Shown: positions 50,391 to 64,000, counted from the stretch's first letter. The stretch: 64,000 bases of DNA from Octopus sinensis (GCF_006345805.1 NC_043003.1:23436001-23500000), one strand, 5' to 3'. The notes: generated from the letters alone by a model not told the origin. Translations and numbers: made by a program.

Positions 50391-50745
50391 TCATCATTGT
50401 TCGACCGTGGTCGAGGCAATGGAATTTACTATGTTACGCCAGACTCCACGGTCCATCATAGCATTACGGAGGTCCTGTTGCTGGATGCCTGTATCCCTGG
50501 AGATTACATCAGGGTAGGAGAGTGTGCGCCCTCTGGTATTGCGAGTAGATGGCTTCCAGAGGAGAAGAGTAGAAATTACTTCTTTTTCGGCTCTACAACA
50601 ATGTCCAGCAAACTGGACTCTCCTACCTTTCACAAGAGGTGACACAGGTGGTAGATTCCCATATATTTGCATTTTGGTTGGATGGCGCTTCCACGAGAGA
50701 TTTTGAGCTCTCATAAGGAGGCGAGTGTAGGTTCCATCCAACCGC
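50391..50745 (-). mobile_element. RTE-clade LINE 3' end
   Basis: LDGTYTRLLMRAQNLSWKRHPT..IYGNLPPVS..RRVQFAGHC.R..LLLWKPS..RG..SYPD.I.RDTG..DL..AM.DR.VWR, then a (TGA)n tail. Confidence 0.88.
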
Positions 50746-50848
50746 CTCTACAGATCACATAAAAAGGCATAGACAAGCTAAAAATTCAAAACCGGCTTGA
50801 AATGAATGGGAGTTAAATGGTGGGTTAAATAACATGCATTACAATAGA

Positions 50849-51425
50849 ATCTTCTTCTTCCTCTTCACCTTCTTCTTCTTCTTTTTCTTCTTCTTCTTCT
50901 CCTCCTCCTCCTTCTTCTTCGTCTTATCCTCCCCTCCACTTCCTCCTCCTTATTCTCCCTCTTTTTCTTCTTCTTCTCCTCCCTCGCCTCATTCTTCTCC
51001 TTCTTCTTCTCTTCTTCTTCTTCTTCTTCTTCTTCTTCTTCTTCTTCTTCTTCTCCTCGTCCTTCTCCTTCTTCTTCCTCTTCTTCTTCTTCTTCTTCAC
51101 TTTACTCATTTCTTCACGACCATAATGATAATCTCATCGTCATCGTTGCCGTCGTTGTCGTCGTCGTCGTCGTCGTCGTCATCATCATCATCATCATCAT
51201 CACTTTCTTCATGCTAACAATCGTGATGATAATGTCGATGATGATGATGGTGATGATGATGATTATGATGACAATAGTGACGATGACGACGATGAGAATG
51301 ACTAGGACGACATCGCTGACAAGGGCGATGATAACGAATATTACGTTGTTGATGATGTTGCTGCTGATGATGATGATGGAAAACAAATTGACGACGATCA
51401 CAACGACGACAACGATGACACTGAA
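50849..51425. repeat. (CTT)n/(CCT)n/(CGT)n/(CAT)n/(GAT)n trinucleotide field
   Basis: Direct inspection. Confidence 0.9.
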
Positions 51426-52064
51426 CATTATGATGGTATTACAGTATCGGGGTAGTTGGTGCCGACACGAACATCTTTCACAATTACAATCAATTAAGAT
51501 TTTCAATCAATTTGAAACCATTCCTGGCAGACAGTAGTCGTCATGTTTTAGCATTATCAGCATCGACATTTTCAACCGACTTACAGTTAGTTATAGATCA
51601 CCTGTAACAATCTCACAACATACGTTCAGAATGTTGACTCATTTCACATCGTAATTTGCAACATAAATAACGTAAAGATTATCTGAAAGACTTACACACG
51701 AATACCGCAGCAGACGTTCGATTGAATAGAAAATTAAATTTGCAATCAGCCATGTAATAGCCTGAGAATTACCAACTCATGTAAGAAAGTGATATTGGGA
51801 AAATAACAACTCCGATTAAAAAAAAGTATTTCCTCTGAAAGTATTTTCTTACATTATATATATATATACACATACACACAAATAAAAACACCTCCTCCCC
51901 CACATATATAAATATAGGGTGAACACAACAGGTGTGTACGTCAAGTGTAACTGCCCGAAACGGTAAGGACATCTGGTAACTTGACTGAAGAAAGAAGGCC
52001 ACGAATGACTCGACCTTCTTTTTCCCTCGTTCTAATTGTTATTCCTCTTGTCCGGGCAAGGGTC

Positions 52065-52598
52065 TTCTACTTTAGCCCCGAGAGAACCGAAGCCTTGTGA
52101 GTGGATCTGGTAGATGGTAACTGAAAGAAGCCCGTCATATATATATATATATCTCCCCTGCAACCTGCTGTTTCTCCACCATTTCGTTGGCGATCGTATC
52201 TCGCCAACATCTGTATTTGTCTCCTCTACCGAAAAGGTAATTATTTCTACGCCTGCTGCTATGTTTGTTGTTTTGTCTCATTTGGTCTAAAGTCGTATGA
52301 CAACCACCGTTATATTATATTTTGTTTAACCGTTACCGTTTTTAATTTCGTTTTCGTCTCTCGTATTTACATTCGTCTCGTGCGTTTACATTCTTGTCTT
52401 CTACCAAGAAATCTAATGCTTACGGCTTAGTTTTTTTTCTTGGGGCTGGCCGAGTTGGAGCAAATATCAGAATTGAACAGCCGAAATTTGCTGTGATGAT
52501 TCGGTGTCTGACTGAAGATTGAAGGCTCGAATGATTTGTCTGTGTTCCGTGTTTGTCCCTTCCTGTATTTCACGTTCTTTATATATAAAACATTTATT

Positions 52599-52656
<58 letters not shown>

Positions 52657-52860
52657 CATACATGTATATCTTTGTGTGTCAGTGTTTGTCCCCCATCATC
52701 ACTTGACGAATGATGTTGGTGTGTCTACGTCTCCCGTAACTTTACGGTTCGGCAAAAGATAACATAGAATAGGTAGTAGGCTTAAAAAGAATAAGTCCTG
52801 GTGTCGATTTGCTCGATTAAAGGCTTTGCTCCAGCATCTGACTTCACAAGTAAAATAAAG
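52065..52860 (+). mobile_element. Family B SINE split at its internal (TA)n by a ~440-bp insertion (52152-52590)
   Basis: GCCTTGTGAGTGGATCTGGTAGA..GAAAGAAGCCCGTC before the insert and TTTGTCCCCC..CGGTTCGGCAAAAG..GAATAAGTCCTGG after it. Confidence 0.7.
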
Positions 52861-52894
52861 TTTATTTACATACATATCATTGAATGATGCGTTC

Positions 52895-52974
<80 letters not shown>

Positions 52975-53264
52975 ATATATTATATTATGTATATATTTAT
53001 ACCATCTAATGTAGGATAAAATTTTTCGAAAATATTCTATCAATGGCCAGCATATTAAAAATACCTTTAAAGGTTAAATTTATAAACAATTTATAAGTAA
53101 GGACAAAAGAAAAAAATTCTAATGCAAAACATACCGAAAATAGACAACGTCAATAGCCATGTAATTTATCACTAACAGCACGCATTTCGAAGAAAGTTGA
53201 TAGAAATTTTTTAAAAATCCCGTTATTACCATATCGGACCCGATTTCAGAGTTAGTTCATAAGA

Positions 53265-53306
<42 letters not shown>

Positions 53307-53744
53307 GAAATATGTTACGAAAAGAAAATATAAAATACACGTGGAAATGTAAGGGTAAAATATGAAAAATCGACGAAAATGCATATTGCAAATAGAAAAA
53401 GGCTATTTATGACAGGTAGTGACAAATATATACATTTAGATTGACTGAGGTAGTAATACGAGTCATAAAGGTCATTATTATGAGATGATTATAAGATGAT
53501 AATAAAGTAAGAGAACAAAACGAACCAGTGGTTTAGATGAAGGCTATTCATCATACATATGATGCGTTAATATTTGTATATATATACATGTGTGTATATA
53601 CATATATACACACACACACATATATATATAAAATATACACCCACATACATATCATTATATTATGCGTTTAAATATATATGTATGTATATGTGTGTGTGTG
53701 GTGGGTGTGTGTATGTGTGTGTGTGTGTGTGTGTCTGTCTGTTT

Positions 53745-53945
53745 CAAATCTTGGTAGAAGGCTGGTAATTTCAGGGCAATGTATAAGTCAATTGCATCGA
53801 CCTTAGGGGTCAACGGGTACTGATTTGATCGACCCAGAAACAATGAATGGCAATGTTGACTCCTGCAAAATTTAAACTCAGAACGTAAAGGGAGACGCAG
53901 TACCGTTAAACCTTTTGCCCTGCGTGCTAACGATTCTGTCAACGT
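53745..53945 (-). mobile_element. Degenerate family A SINE
   Basis: AATTTAAACTCAGAACGTAAAG..TGCTAACGATTCTG head block. Confidence 0.65.
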
Positions 53946-53967
53946 AAAGATAGAACGAACGGCAGGC

Positions 53968-54029
53968 AAACAGACAGACAGACAGACAGACAGACATATA
54001 AATAGATAATTAAACAGTTAGATAGATAA

Positions 54030-54109
<80 letters not shown>

Positions 54110-54301
54110 TTAGATAGATAGATAGATAGATAGATATGTTTCTTTATTAGCCACACAGGGGTGAACACAGAGGGGACGACTTACAAAGTAGAGCTTTTCT
54201 TTTGGGGGAGAAAAAAGAAAAGAAAAAGGGGGGTAGGTTTTCTATCAAAAGGGATCGTTAAAAAATGATCAATGAGGATCGTGTAGATAGATAGATAGAT
54301 G

Positions 54302-54382
<81 letters not shown>
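53968..54382. repeat. (GACA)n/(GATA)n microsatellite with a ~150-bp insert
   Basis: Direct inspection. Confidence 0.85.
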
Positions 54383-54899
54383 TCTGTTGCTTAACAAACT
54401 TTACCATTTAACCAATGGTTGGTGAGTTAACGTATACAATTCTAGGAATATATGCACTGCAGGCTAAACAACAGACAAGACAAAACCACGAATTAATAAT
54501 TAATGTGGCAAACTAAACAATCGCTTTACAAAGTAAACATGTCCTCTTAAAATGAGTGTGAAATATTGGATACTAAATTGCTATATACACTCCGTTGGAG
54601 ACAAAAATAAATGAATGCCACAGAATTGTTTTGTTGGTCGTTTGTAACACGTACAAATTTTACCTTTGACTAAACGAAACAACAAAGCTTCATGATGCGA
54701 AATAATTTCTATTTATAATGCTGTCAATTTTGATGTGTTTCTTTAAATTCAAATGAATATATGTTGACAAGTTGTTTTTATTTTAATAACGTGGTGAGGA
54801 GAGGTTTGTAAGAGTCAAACTTGCTGTCTTCGATTCGTTTTATTGGGACTATCCTTGCCTGTAGTCATGATTGCTGGGTAATCATCGAAAGTGTATGAC

Positions 54900-55140
54900 T
54901 GTGGCAGAAATGGGATTACCCCGACGGGCCCCTGGTGTAGCGTTACTGAAAAGGTTGCATACTTCGGAGATTAGTGAAAAATCACAGCCCCCGTAATATG
55001 GGCTTAGGTTTAGAATACCGCAGGAAATGACTGAAAGGAAGGTTCTTCCAGTCGAGCCAACTGGTAGGAAATTGTTGTGTGGACGCCCCCAGACGATGAA
55101 GTAGGCTAGCCCAATGCGTAGAGTGAGAAGTCTAGACGTC

Positions 55141-55179
<39 letters not shown>

Positions 55180-55347
55180 AGAGTAGAGTTGAGTAGAAGT
55201 CATCCGAACGTGAGACATTACAGTGGCGACGAGGTTTCGAATAGTATCGAAATGGAAGAGTTACTGAAAGCAGTTGTAGAACAACAAGAGTAGCAGTAGA
55301 GCTGAGTGGAGTTCTGTAGTAGAGGCATCCGAACGTGCGATATAACA
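54900..55347 (+). mobile_element. Deleted Gypsy-like LTR element: 5' LTR ending TTACA (55222), tRNA-Ser(GCU)-type PBS, gag start, 3' end of second LTR
   Basis: TGGCGACGAGG at 55224-55234 is complementary to the 3' end of tRNA-Ser(GCU); ATG GAA GAG TTA CTG AAA GCA (MEELLKAVVEQQE); CATCCGAACGTG.GA.AT.ACA duplicated at 55201-55222 and 55326-55347. Left boundary uncertain. Confidence 0.6.
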
Positions 55348-56049
55348 GAAATCTAGAGAGATGGCAAGAGCGAGATGATTGGTTAATAGCTATCGTTTTT
55401 TTTTCTGGTAACGCTTGAGAATCCAGCAGAAACGTGTAGTGACGGTCGTTTCTAATAGGATCATATGGATGAGGAGCATAAAGACTCGCCCCAAGACACT
55501 CTTTAAAATAGTGAGATGCGAAAATTGATGGACATTTGTAACTCCCAATATCTACAAATATTTTGCACATTCATTTATTAATTATTTTCACTCGATATGT
55601 TAATACATAAAATAATTACTAAAGAGCAAAATACATTTCTAATTAGCAGAATGCGTTAGTGTTTAGTCAAGAACACATGAGGATAAAATGAGATAACGAA
55701 CAGTTGGCACCTTAGATTTTGCAATAGTTACTCATTTGTATGCAAGGAAATTAACGTCACCTCAAATAGTTTATCTTCTTCAAAATGTCAGATGCATTTC
55801 CGTTACTCGGGTATCATACTTCAGATTGCACCCGGAGGAAACTAATTACATGTTCTTTGAAGATGTGTAATAGCGAGCAATTTTGACAAATGAGTTTTAG
55901 AGAATTTAAATGACGATTCAGATAATTAAAGAAATTTTTTTTTTAAAATACATATTTTGCCTCATATGAGTTGAATAATTTAATTAAATTACACGTAATA
56001 ACATTTTTTATAGTTTAGTCAAGTCAGAATCAGAATAAATATCTTAGAC

Positions 56050-56450
56050 TTTTATTCTTATTTTTTATTTAGCCGCAGTCAGATGACTGCGGCCATACTA
56101 GAGCACAACCCTTAGTCGAGCAAATCGACTCCAGGACTTATTCTTTCTAAGCTTGGTACTTATTCTGTCGGTCTCTATTGCCGAACCACTGAGGTTACGG
56201 GGACGTAAACACACCAGCGTCGGTTGTCAACGATGCTGGAGGGACAATCAGACACAAACACATAAACATACACACGCACACACACACACACATATACATC
56301 TATACGACGAGCGTCTTTCAATTTCCGTCTTCCAAATCCACTCACGAGGCTATAGCAGAAGACACTTTCCCAAGGTTCCAAGCAGTGGGACTGAACCCGG
56401 AACCATGTGGTTGGGAAGCAAGCTATTTACCACACGGCCACTCCTCGCCT
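56050..56450 (-). mobile_element. Family B (CORE-like) SINE
   Basis: Homologous to 39440-39848. Confidence 0.85.
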
Positions 56451-57425
56451 ACGTACCAAAAGTAACTTTCTCCAAAACCAAAAAGATTTGTATTTCGATA
56501 TTGGACAATTAATGACATCTCTTTTTTACCATATCTGTTATTCGGATTCCGAAAATAAAAGCTATTTTGAACCTTTTAATAATAATCCAGCTGAGAGCTC
56601 ACCTGATTGTCTGATATAAACTTCGTCTTATTTTAACGTGATCTAAATTAAAAACTCTCATCAAAATTATATCTTAATGTATGTTCCAGACACTAATTTA
56701 ATTATAATTAAGTAATTTTATTGAATTCCTCATTAACTTCAAAATTGATAAGAAACATTATTAGAAATATGGTAATAAATGTTCCAAGCTCATGTTTGCG
56801 GCACTTGAATCTCGGTGGTTAGTTTGTTAGTTATGAATATATCCAAATTATTACGATATTTGAAAGTGTGAACGCTTACATAACATCATAATTAACTAAA
56901 TATAATGAAAATGAAGTAACTTGTCGAGCTAATGGCCTTCCTGAGTGCTGTGTCATTGCTTGCTCTGCTAGAAATAACAACCATACATCCTTTAATTCCG
57001 TGACACCAACATTAAAACACCAGATTGGGAACATGTCTAGAAATGTCTTTTACATTGATTATTTATGTCGCTTAAATATTCTTTAAAAAGCGTTAAGATA
57101 AGAGCAAGCACGGTCATATGCTTATAAAGTTCACTTCGTAGCTATGTTTAGCTTTATCTTGCTTAGTAAGTGTATCGTGTTCTCATTTTTATTTCTTCGA
57201 TTTTCTTGACATTTGTACGTTGATTATGTCTCCCTGAAGAAGACTTCTCGGACCGAAACATACTTAGAATTGTTGCTGGAGCGATAAAGGTGAAGCTCAT
57301 ATCACTCTGTTTATCTCTATTTAAATTTTCGTCAATGCAAATTTCTAGATGTCTCTGAGATTTACGGTCATCAACTCAAATGGTTTTCTTCATTTTACGT
57401 TTCTAATATCTATATATATATGTAT

Positions 57426-57464
<39 letters not shown>

Positions 57465-57607
57465 ATTATCCCAAACTATCAATCATATCTCTGTGTGTCC
57501 GTGTCAGTGAATATGTGTGTATGCATATATTTCAATTGCTAGGCTGCAGCACTGAGGCTGTTTGTAAAATAAACACGCGCCCACTCACGCACATATATAT
57601 ATATATA

Positions 57608-57682
<75 letters not shown>

Positions 57683-58214
57683 CATATACAGTTCATACAT
57701 ATCTGTGTGTGAGCGTGTGCACGCCTGTGTGTATGGTTACCTACACAAAAAGACACAGATAACACAGTTGGAAATGACTATTAGAAGTAAACGTTACTAT
57801 TTTTCCCAGTTTACACTATATATGAATATTGTTTTTCTTGAATCTTAAAGATCTTTTCTCTGCTCCAATATGCATTTCACAAGTATTCACTCTACTGATG
57901 TTTAGATCAATCATTATTTACTTCTTTTATTGACCATGTTTTTATTAGTGGACGAGTATTCTCTCTTTCCATAATTAGCTTTATGTTAAATCATAGAAAC
58001 ACCAGCAAATGAACTGAAAGTTTAATGGTTTAAGGACGTAGTTTTAATTTGCCTAAAATTTGTCTTGTAGTCAATACATAAATATTGAAATGTTTAGGAG
58101 AGGTGTATATCGTTAAGTCAACCTTCATGATATTATACAGATTTTGGTATATGAATCGCTATTTCTTACTTTCTCATTATTTTGTGCTCTTTACGGTTTC
58201 AAGTTAATAAACTT

Positions 58215-58715
58215 AGCCTACACTATTTCTTCTTCTTAATCCCTTTTTCCCCTTGTGGAGTATAGGGTCTCAACATTGCTTTCCACATTTTGCGGTCATT
58301 TGCGTGTTTCTTGGCTGCTTACCATGTCAGGCCGGTAGTTCTGAGCTCGTCCAAAATGCTCCGCTTCCAAATCTGCTTCGGGCGTCCTCACTTCCTTTTT
58401 TCCTACGGGTTCCAGTCAAGTGCTTGTCGTGTCACATTTGAGGGTTCTTTCCTCAGTGTGTGTCCGATCCATGTCCATTTCCTTCGTCTCATCTGAACAT
58501 GTATGGGCTCCTGGCTGGCCATTTCCCACAAGTCAATGTTTGGTACTGTCGAACCACTTTAGATGAAGGCTCTACCGGATACATTTGTTGATGAAGGACT
58601 GGATCTTCTTGTAGTTGCTGCAGGTGGCTGTCCATGTTTCAGAGCCATACACAAGCAAAGATTTTACGTTTGAACAAAATAAGCGGAGTTTAGTTCAAGT
58701 TGAGATGGCAGTGGA
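58215..58715 (-). mobile_element. RTE-clade LINE 3' portion, frameshifted
   Basis: KLRLFCSNVKSLLVYGSETW..KIQSFINKCIR; RRRKWTWIGHTLRK..VTRQALDWNP.GKRK.GRPKQIWKRS; (GAA)n tail. Confidence 0.85.
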
Positions 58716-59424
58716 CAGAGGAGGAGTGAGGCTAAAGTATACACATCGACCCTCCAGATTCGGGGGTTTTGGTATAGGCTAACACCCTATGCACGTAAAA
58801 AAAAACACCTGTTACAGAAACCAACAACAATATTTAGATGCTCTTTAAATACGCATTGATTTGTATTGGCTTTTATAATCATCATTTTCTATCTCTTTCA
58901 TTTGGAGTACTGTGACAGCTACATTTTTTTTAAAACATACATTTGCGAAATTGCATTCTACGAACAGTGTATCAGTTTTGTGCCAACAGCCTCAATTCGT
59001 TCTTCTATTCTGACGCCCATAAGGGAGTGATGCTTGTTACGAATATCTGTTTGTGTATAGTATCGTCACCATTAGAACATCTTAACTGTCAACATGCTCT
59101 TCGTACGTACATGCAATCTTTCTTCCTCTTTCTCTCTTTCTCACACACACTCATACACACACATTTATTAATTATTCTGACGTACAACTACACGGTTTAT
59201 TTGACGCATAATAGTTTCTTCTTTAGGTCAGCCATTTTGAATGGAGAGTGTTGTTGATGTGTTCGATCCTCAGTATTTCAGTTGTTTTGATATCAACCCA
59301 AATTCATGGAAGGCAGTATTCGAACACACGAGAAATCAAATTCTATAGTATTCGAAATCGGAATGACAAAATGTCGGAAAAAAGACGGCAATACATTTCT
59401 TCTTTCGTTCTAGCGATTCTGTCA

Positions 59425-59762
59425 GTTAAAAAAAATAAGGAGCACTCCATCGGTTACAAGGACGAGGGTCCCAGCTGATACGATCAACGGAACAGCTTGC
59501 TCATGAAATTAATGTGCAATTGACTGAGCCATCCACAGACACGTGTACCACTAACGTAGTTCTCAGGGTGATTCAGCGTGATACAGAGTGTGACAACGCT
59601 GGCCCTTTGAAATACAGGTACAACTCATTTTTGCCAGCTGAGTGGACTGGAGCCACGTGAAATAAAGTGTCTTGCTCAAGGACACAACGCGTTACCGGGA
59701 ATTGAACTCGCGACCTTACAATCGTGAGCCAAATGCCCTAACCACTAAGCCACGCGCCTTCA
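59425..59762 (-). mobile_element. Family C SINE, near full length
   Basis: Minus head GAAGGCGCGTGGCTTAGTGGTTAGGG..GAGTTCAATTCCC; TGTGTCCTTGAGCAAGACACTT..GTCCACTCAGCTG. Confidence 0.88.
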
Positions 59763-62700
59763 CGATTGTGTCAGTATTCCACCTAATTCACTCTATATAT
59801 AAAACTATAAAATAAAGAAATTACATAGAATTTTTCAAATAACGGAAGATGATACTTGAATACAACTGAACTCCCAATGTCCTCCTCATTGTACATTTTC
59901 TTCACCTTCTTGTCCTCACTGAAGTGATTATTAATTCACTTTTTAAATATTCCCATTTTAGTGTTAATTTCTTTTTTTTTTATAGTTCAGATACAAACTT
60001 AATGAGTAGAATATCAATTTTATTTATCAACAAATAATCTCATTTCTGATTTCATTTGGCTATAGTTGTTGTTGTTGTTATTATTATTATCATTATCACC
60101 ATCATCATCATCGTCATCATTTTTTGTTGTTACTGTTGCCATTATTTGTATGTTTCATATAATGTCACTTAAACAGCTCTTAATGGCGATTGTTGATGGG
60201 ATTCTCAACGAACTTTTAATTATGACATTAAGTTTTTCTTTTATAGTAAAAAATATCATAGAAATATAATGTAAAGCACTTTTTAAAAATTGTCATCAGT
60301 TTAAACATTACGCGTAGAAAGGTGTTTAAACATATGAAAATAAAACAGTCCAAGTACTTGATTGACATAATTATGAGATTTCGTGCAATTTCCTGTGCAG
60401 TATTGCTGCTGGGTTTAAAAGAATCAAATATAATGAAATGAAGAAAATAAAATTAAATTGATTTTTTTTCTCATCTTGAACTTTACTAGAATTTTTTGAC
60501 TAGCAAATTATTCACTTGTCCTAAATTGTCTCAATCAGTGCAAATTAAAACCAAGCCAATATTGTTCTGAAAAGAATCAATGCTTCTAAATGACTAATAT
60601 GGTTTTCACTATTATCTTCAGTGCCAAAATCGTATCGTAAGATAAGCTGGTGGAATTAATGCTATCGGAATATGTATAAACGGCTGAAATTCTCGTGTAT
60701 ATTTCTGTGTAGTCATGGCGCATATATCATTCCTCAAAATCAGTTAAATGTACATAATATCGATAACTTTATATCTGAAATAAAATGTATTTAGATTTGA
60801 ATTGGTTAGCATATAATTATTAAACAACACTGTAATGCTTACAAAGAATCGATGATTACGATATTAATAAAGGGATATAAAAAAAATAACATCGTACCAA
60901 ATGAGGCATCGAAATGTACATATATTTCAGAGAATAGAACTAGGCAAGTATTTATTTGTTTGAAACCTGTGATGTCATTGCGCATTGTACTGCTTCTATT
61001 ATAGCTTGGTATGCATTAAAACGCACGTCAATTACTACATAAAGAAAATTTCTGTAGGTGAACACCTTCTAGACAAGAAAGTATGATATTCCCTGAACAA
61101 AATATATTTTTATTACGATGTTTTGATTTACGATAATATTCAGTGAACATCAAAAACGCTACCTCAACACTCACATTATTATAAAAAAGTGTTACGGTTC
61201 TATATTGATGACTATTATATGCAATTACAACCATAATCACTCCATGACACAGCTATGTTATTGAAAAGTCATTCGAACCCCGGCACTTATATTCTCCTCT
61301 CTTCTCTTTTGTATTATTACATCCAGGACTTTTTTGTCAACCATATTGAGGGTGTATAAGAGATTTTGCGTCACACAGCTAATTCTTCGAGCAGAGCCAT
61401 TTGCAGACATTTCTGCTGGCTTTCTTGATATTGCATTGGAAGTGTCTACATTTGAATAAACAACACATCCTGATACAAAGGCAGATGACAGAAAACATTC
61501 TTATAGCGACACAAACAAATCCCCATATAATCCTTTTCATCATAACCAGCTCCCAGCAAAATCACCCAGGCAACTCCCGGCTCTAAGGAAATTTCCTCTA
61601 AAGATGTGGCCAACTTACTTACATATGTAGCGATAAAATCACGAAAAAACAAAGCCCTATATCTTGACATCAATTTGTTAATCATGAACAATAACTTCAT
61701 ATGATCAGCAATATAACGTGACATAAGCCATCCAACTTTAGATGTTTCTTTCAATATGCTCATTTCATGACACTATCAACTGAAATCGAGGACTTTATTA
61801 TATCATTCCACTCCACATGAATTTGAATATATACGTAATTTGCGAGAGCCGTTTTTCCTAAAACGATTTCCATTAAGCATTATGTCTTTTTCACATAACG
61901 CTATTTGCATCAAATACATTTGCTCAATAAACTATTGTCTTAACGATAAAACTGCTGTTGTGATGGCAGGCATATAATGTGGTTTACGCAATTATTTAGA
62001 CGAGAATACTTTATATGTTCCTACTAGAATGCTTTCTTCTATTCATAATGGCTATCGTAGCTGCGAGGATTTTAGAGTAACTGTGCATCATCTACATTTG
62101 AAATAAATGTGCATCAGCATGGCTACAGCTCTAAGCTGAAACTAGAGAAAAATATATATCAGTCTTTTCTATATAGTTGCACATATGCCGTTTGCAAGTA
62201 ACTGTTGGCAACATTACAACTAACACTTAAAGTATATGGAAGCTTTTATCATAAGATATTTTATTCCTTATTTTTAAGGTTCTCACTATTACTACACTTT
62301 TGCACACAATATATCCCACCTTTGAAACCAATGTCATTTATTGCATGCTTGTTATATGGAGCAGTAATGTTGTAAAATGCTTCGTCAAACATAATCCTAA
62401 TATACGGTTAGTAATTATGACTAAATTTATAACGATTACTGATGATAGTGTTAATATAACATTGATACACTACAAATTACACCTAGGTGTATTATCGAGG
62501 CTACATTTACATGTAATAAAAATAGTGTTATATATACCCTATAAAAGTTTCATAAGTTGCTATCTAATATTATTATGATATCAAAAGCTGTATTTTGACG
62601 AAACCCATCGTACCATTACATATTTTATGGACATTATGATGGACATACAAATGAATAATCCATTAACACAGTAAACGTGACTTCTACAGGGCTAAATATT

Positions 62701-63169
62701 TTCGAAATAATTCTAAGATAACCTGTAAATGGTAGAATCAAAGGATAATATCATGATTATACGAAATAATTCCCGATTTTCACACTTAACGCTAAAAGGC
62801 TTATCTTACAAGAACAAGTATTTTCTAGTATGCATAGTAATATTCAGTCTAAAATCCCTAAATTGAATATACAACCACAGAATTCAAAAGATTTTCAAGA
62901 AGAGATTGAATAGTAAAACGAATAGAACTCCATTACAAAGAATGGTGCTCATTTACAAAGTTATAAAGTTGCTTCCTATCTATGATATGGAAGCCCTGAC
63001 GACCAGATAAACTTATATTTCCTAAAATCAGTGAAGGGCGTGTCAAATATTGATTTTTACCATTTTCCTTATCTAAATTTAAATGAATTTATTGAATTTT
63101 GGAGATGTCAAAATATAATGTCTGGAATTAATAATAAATAAAACATAGTTAATATGATATTTAATAATG

Positions 63170-63645
63170 GTGTCAAATTTTGGCACAATGCCAGCAATTT
63201 CGGGGGAGAGGCTAAATCGATAACTTCATCCTCAGTGATCAGCTGGTATATATTTTATTGGCACTGGGAGGATGAAAGGCAAAGCCGAACCCTATGGCAT
63301 TTGAACGTAGAGCATGACAACTGAAGAAATGCAGCTAAGCATATTTTCCGTCGCAGTAACAATTCAGGCAGCTTGGAGCCTTGAAATAATAATACTAATA
63401 CTACTACTAATAATAATAATCAGTATTTTTAGTAATTCAAATTTTTGCCACAAGAACAGCTTCAAGGAGATGTGGATGAGTCTATAACATCGACCCCAGT
63501 GTTCAACAGGTGCTTATTTTATTGAGTCCGAAAGCATGAAAGGTAAAGTGAACCTCGGCGGAATTTGAACTCAGAATGTAGCAACAGGCGAAATACCACT
63601 AAGCATTTCCTCCAGCGTGCTAACGACTCTGACTGCTCACCGCCT
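63170..63645 (-). mobile_element. Two adjacent degenerate family A SINEs
   Basis: GGATGAAAGGCAAAG and AACCTCGGCGGAATTTGAACTCAGA blocks; heads at ~63385 and ~63645. Confidence 0.75.
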
Positions 63646-63659
63646 TAATAATAATAATG

Positions 63660-63735
<76 letters not shown>

Positions 63736-63758
63736 TAATAATAATAATAATAATAATG

Positions 63759-63800
<42 letters not shown>

Positions 63801-63836
63801 TAATAATATTAATAATAATAATGATAATAATAATAA
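63646..63836. repeat. (AAT)n microsatellite
   Basis: Direct inspection. Confidence 0.9.
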
Positions 63837-64000
63837 ATGCCCTGATGCAGCACCAGGCAGTGGCTCTATTGGCTTCTGATCTTAACTAACTAGAAGTATT
63901 ATCATGTACATTGTTTTGTTTTGGTGTAAAAGATTCGCTACAGTAAATATTTTGCTCAATACCACAGATTTGCTTGTCAGTTATTTGACCTTAACCAGTT
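63837..64000 (+). mobile_element. 5' part of the (AAT)n-associated repeat (runs off the window)
   Basis: ATGCCCTGATGCAG.ACCAGGCAGTGGCTCT homologous to 10688-10850. Confidence 0.8.

Noticed and set aside
57234-57262. CTGAAGAAGACTTCTCGGACCGAAAC hammerhead-like motif
   Set aside because: Stem II and stem I do not pair. At best a decayed PLE terminus, too weak to call.
210-63889. Numerous long ORFs made of YI, CV, HT, poly-I/L/N/Y/F/K runs
   Set aside because: They are translations of di- and trinucleotide microsatellites, which lack stop codons in some frames.

Overview
AT-rich, microsatellite-laden eukaryotic DNA. The SINE families and their density suggest an octopod cephalopod (inference). 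No intact host protein-coding gene is recognisable, and most listed ORFs are translations of simple repeats. The window is mostly decayed mobile DNA: three tRNA-derived SINE families, Penelope-like elements (PLEs; RT and GIY-YIG remnants plus hammerhead-like termini), RTE- and CR1/L2-type LINE ends, a mariner fragment, a deleted Gypsy-like LTR element and a Helitron-like element. The main result is a retrozyme-like system. At 962-6233 a ~475-bp unit occurs as one inverted copy followed by ten near-identical head-to-tail copies. Every tandem unit carries a complete type I hammerhead ribozyme (stem I AGGCCTG/CAGGTCT, CTGATGA, stem II ATAC-GTAA-GTAT, GAAA, palindromic stem III, AUA cleavage triplet) inside an extensively self-complementary sequence. 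A transcript would be predicted to self-cleave into ~470-480-nt monomers that could circularise. An unrelated insertion at 42023-42812 has the same (TA)n - inverted arm - direct monomer - (TA)n architecture and its own complete type I hammerhead with a GUC site. Ribozyme activity, transcription and novelty are untested; all folds were derived by eye.
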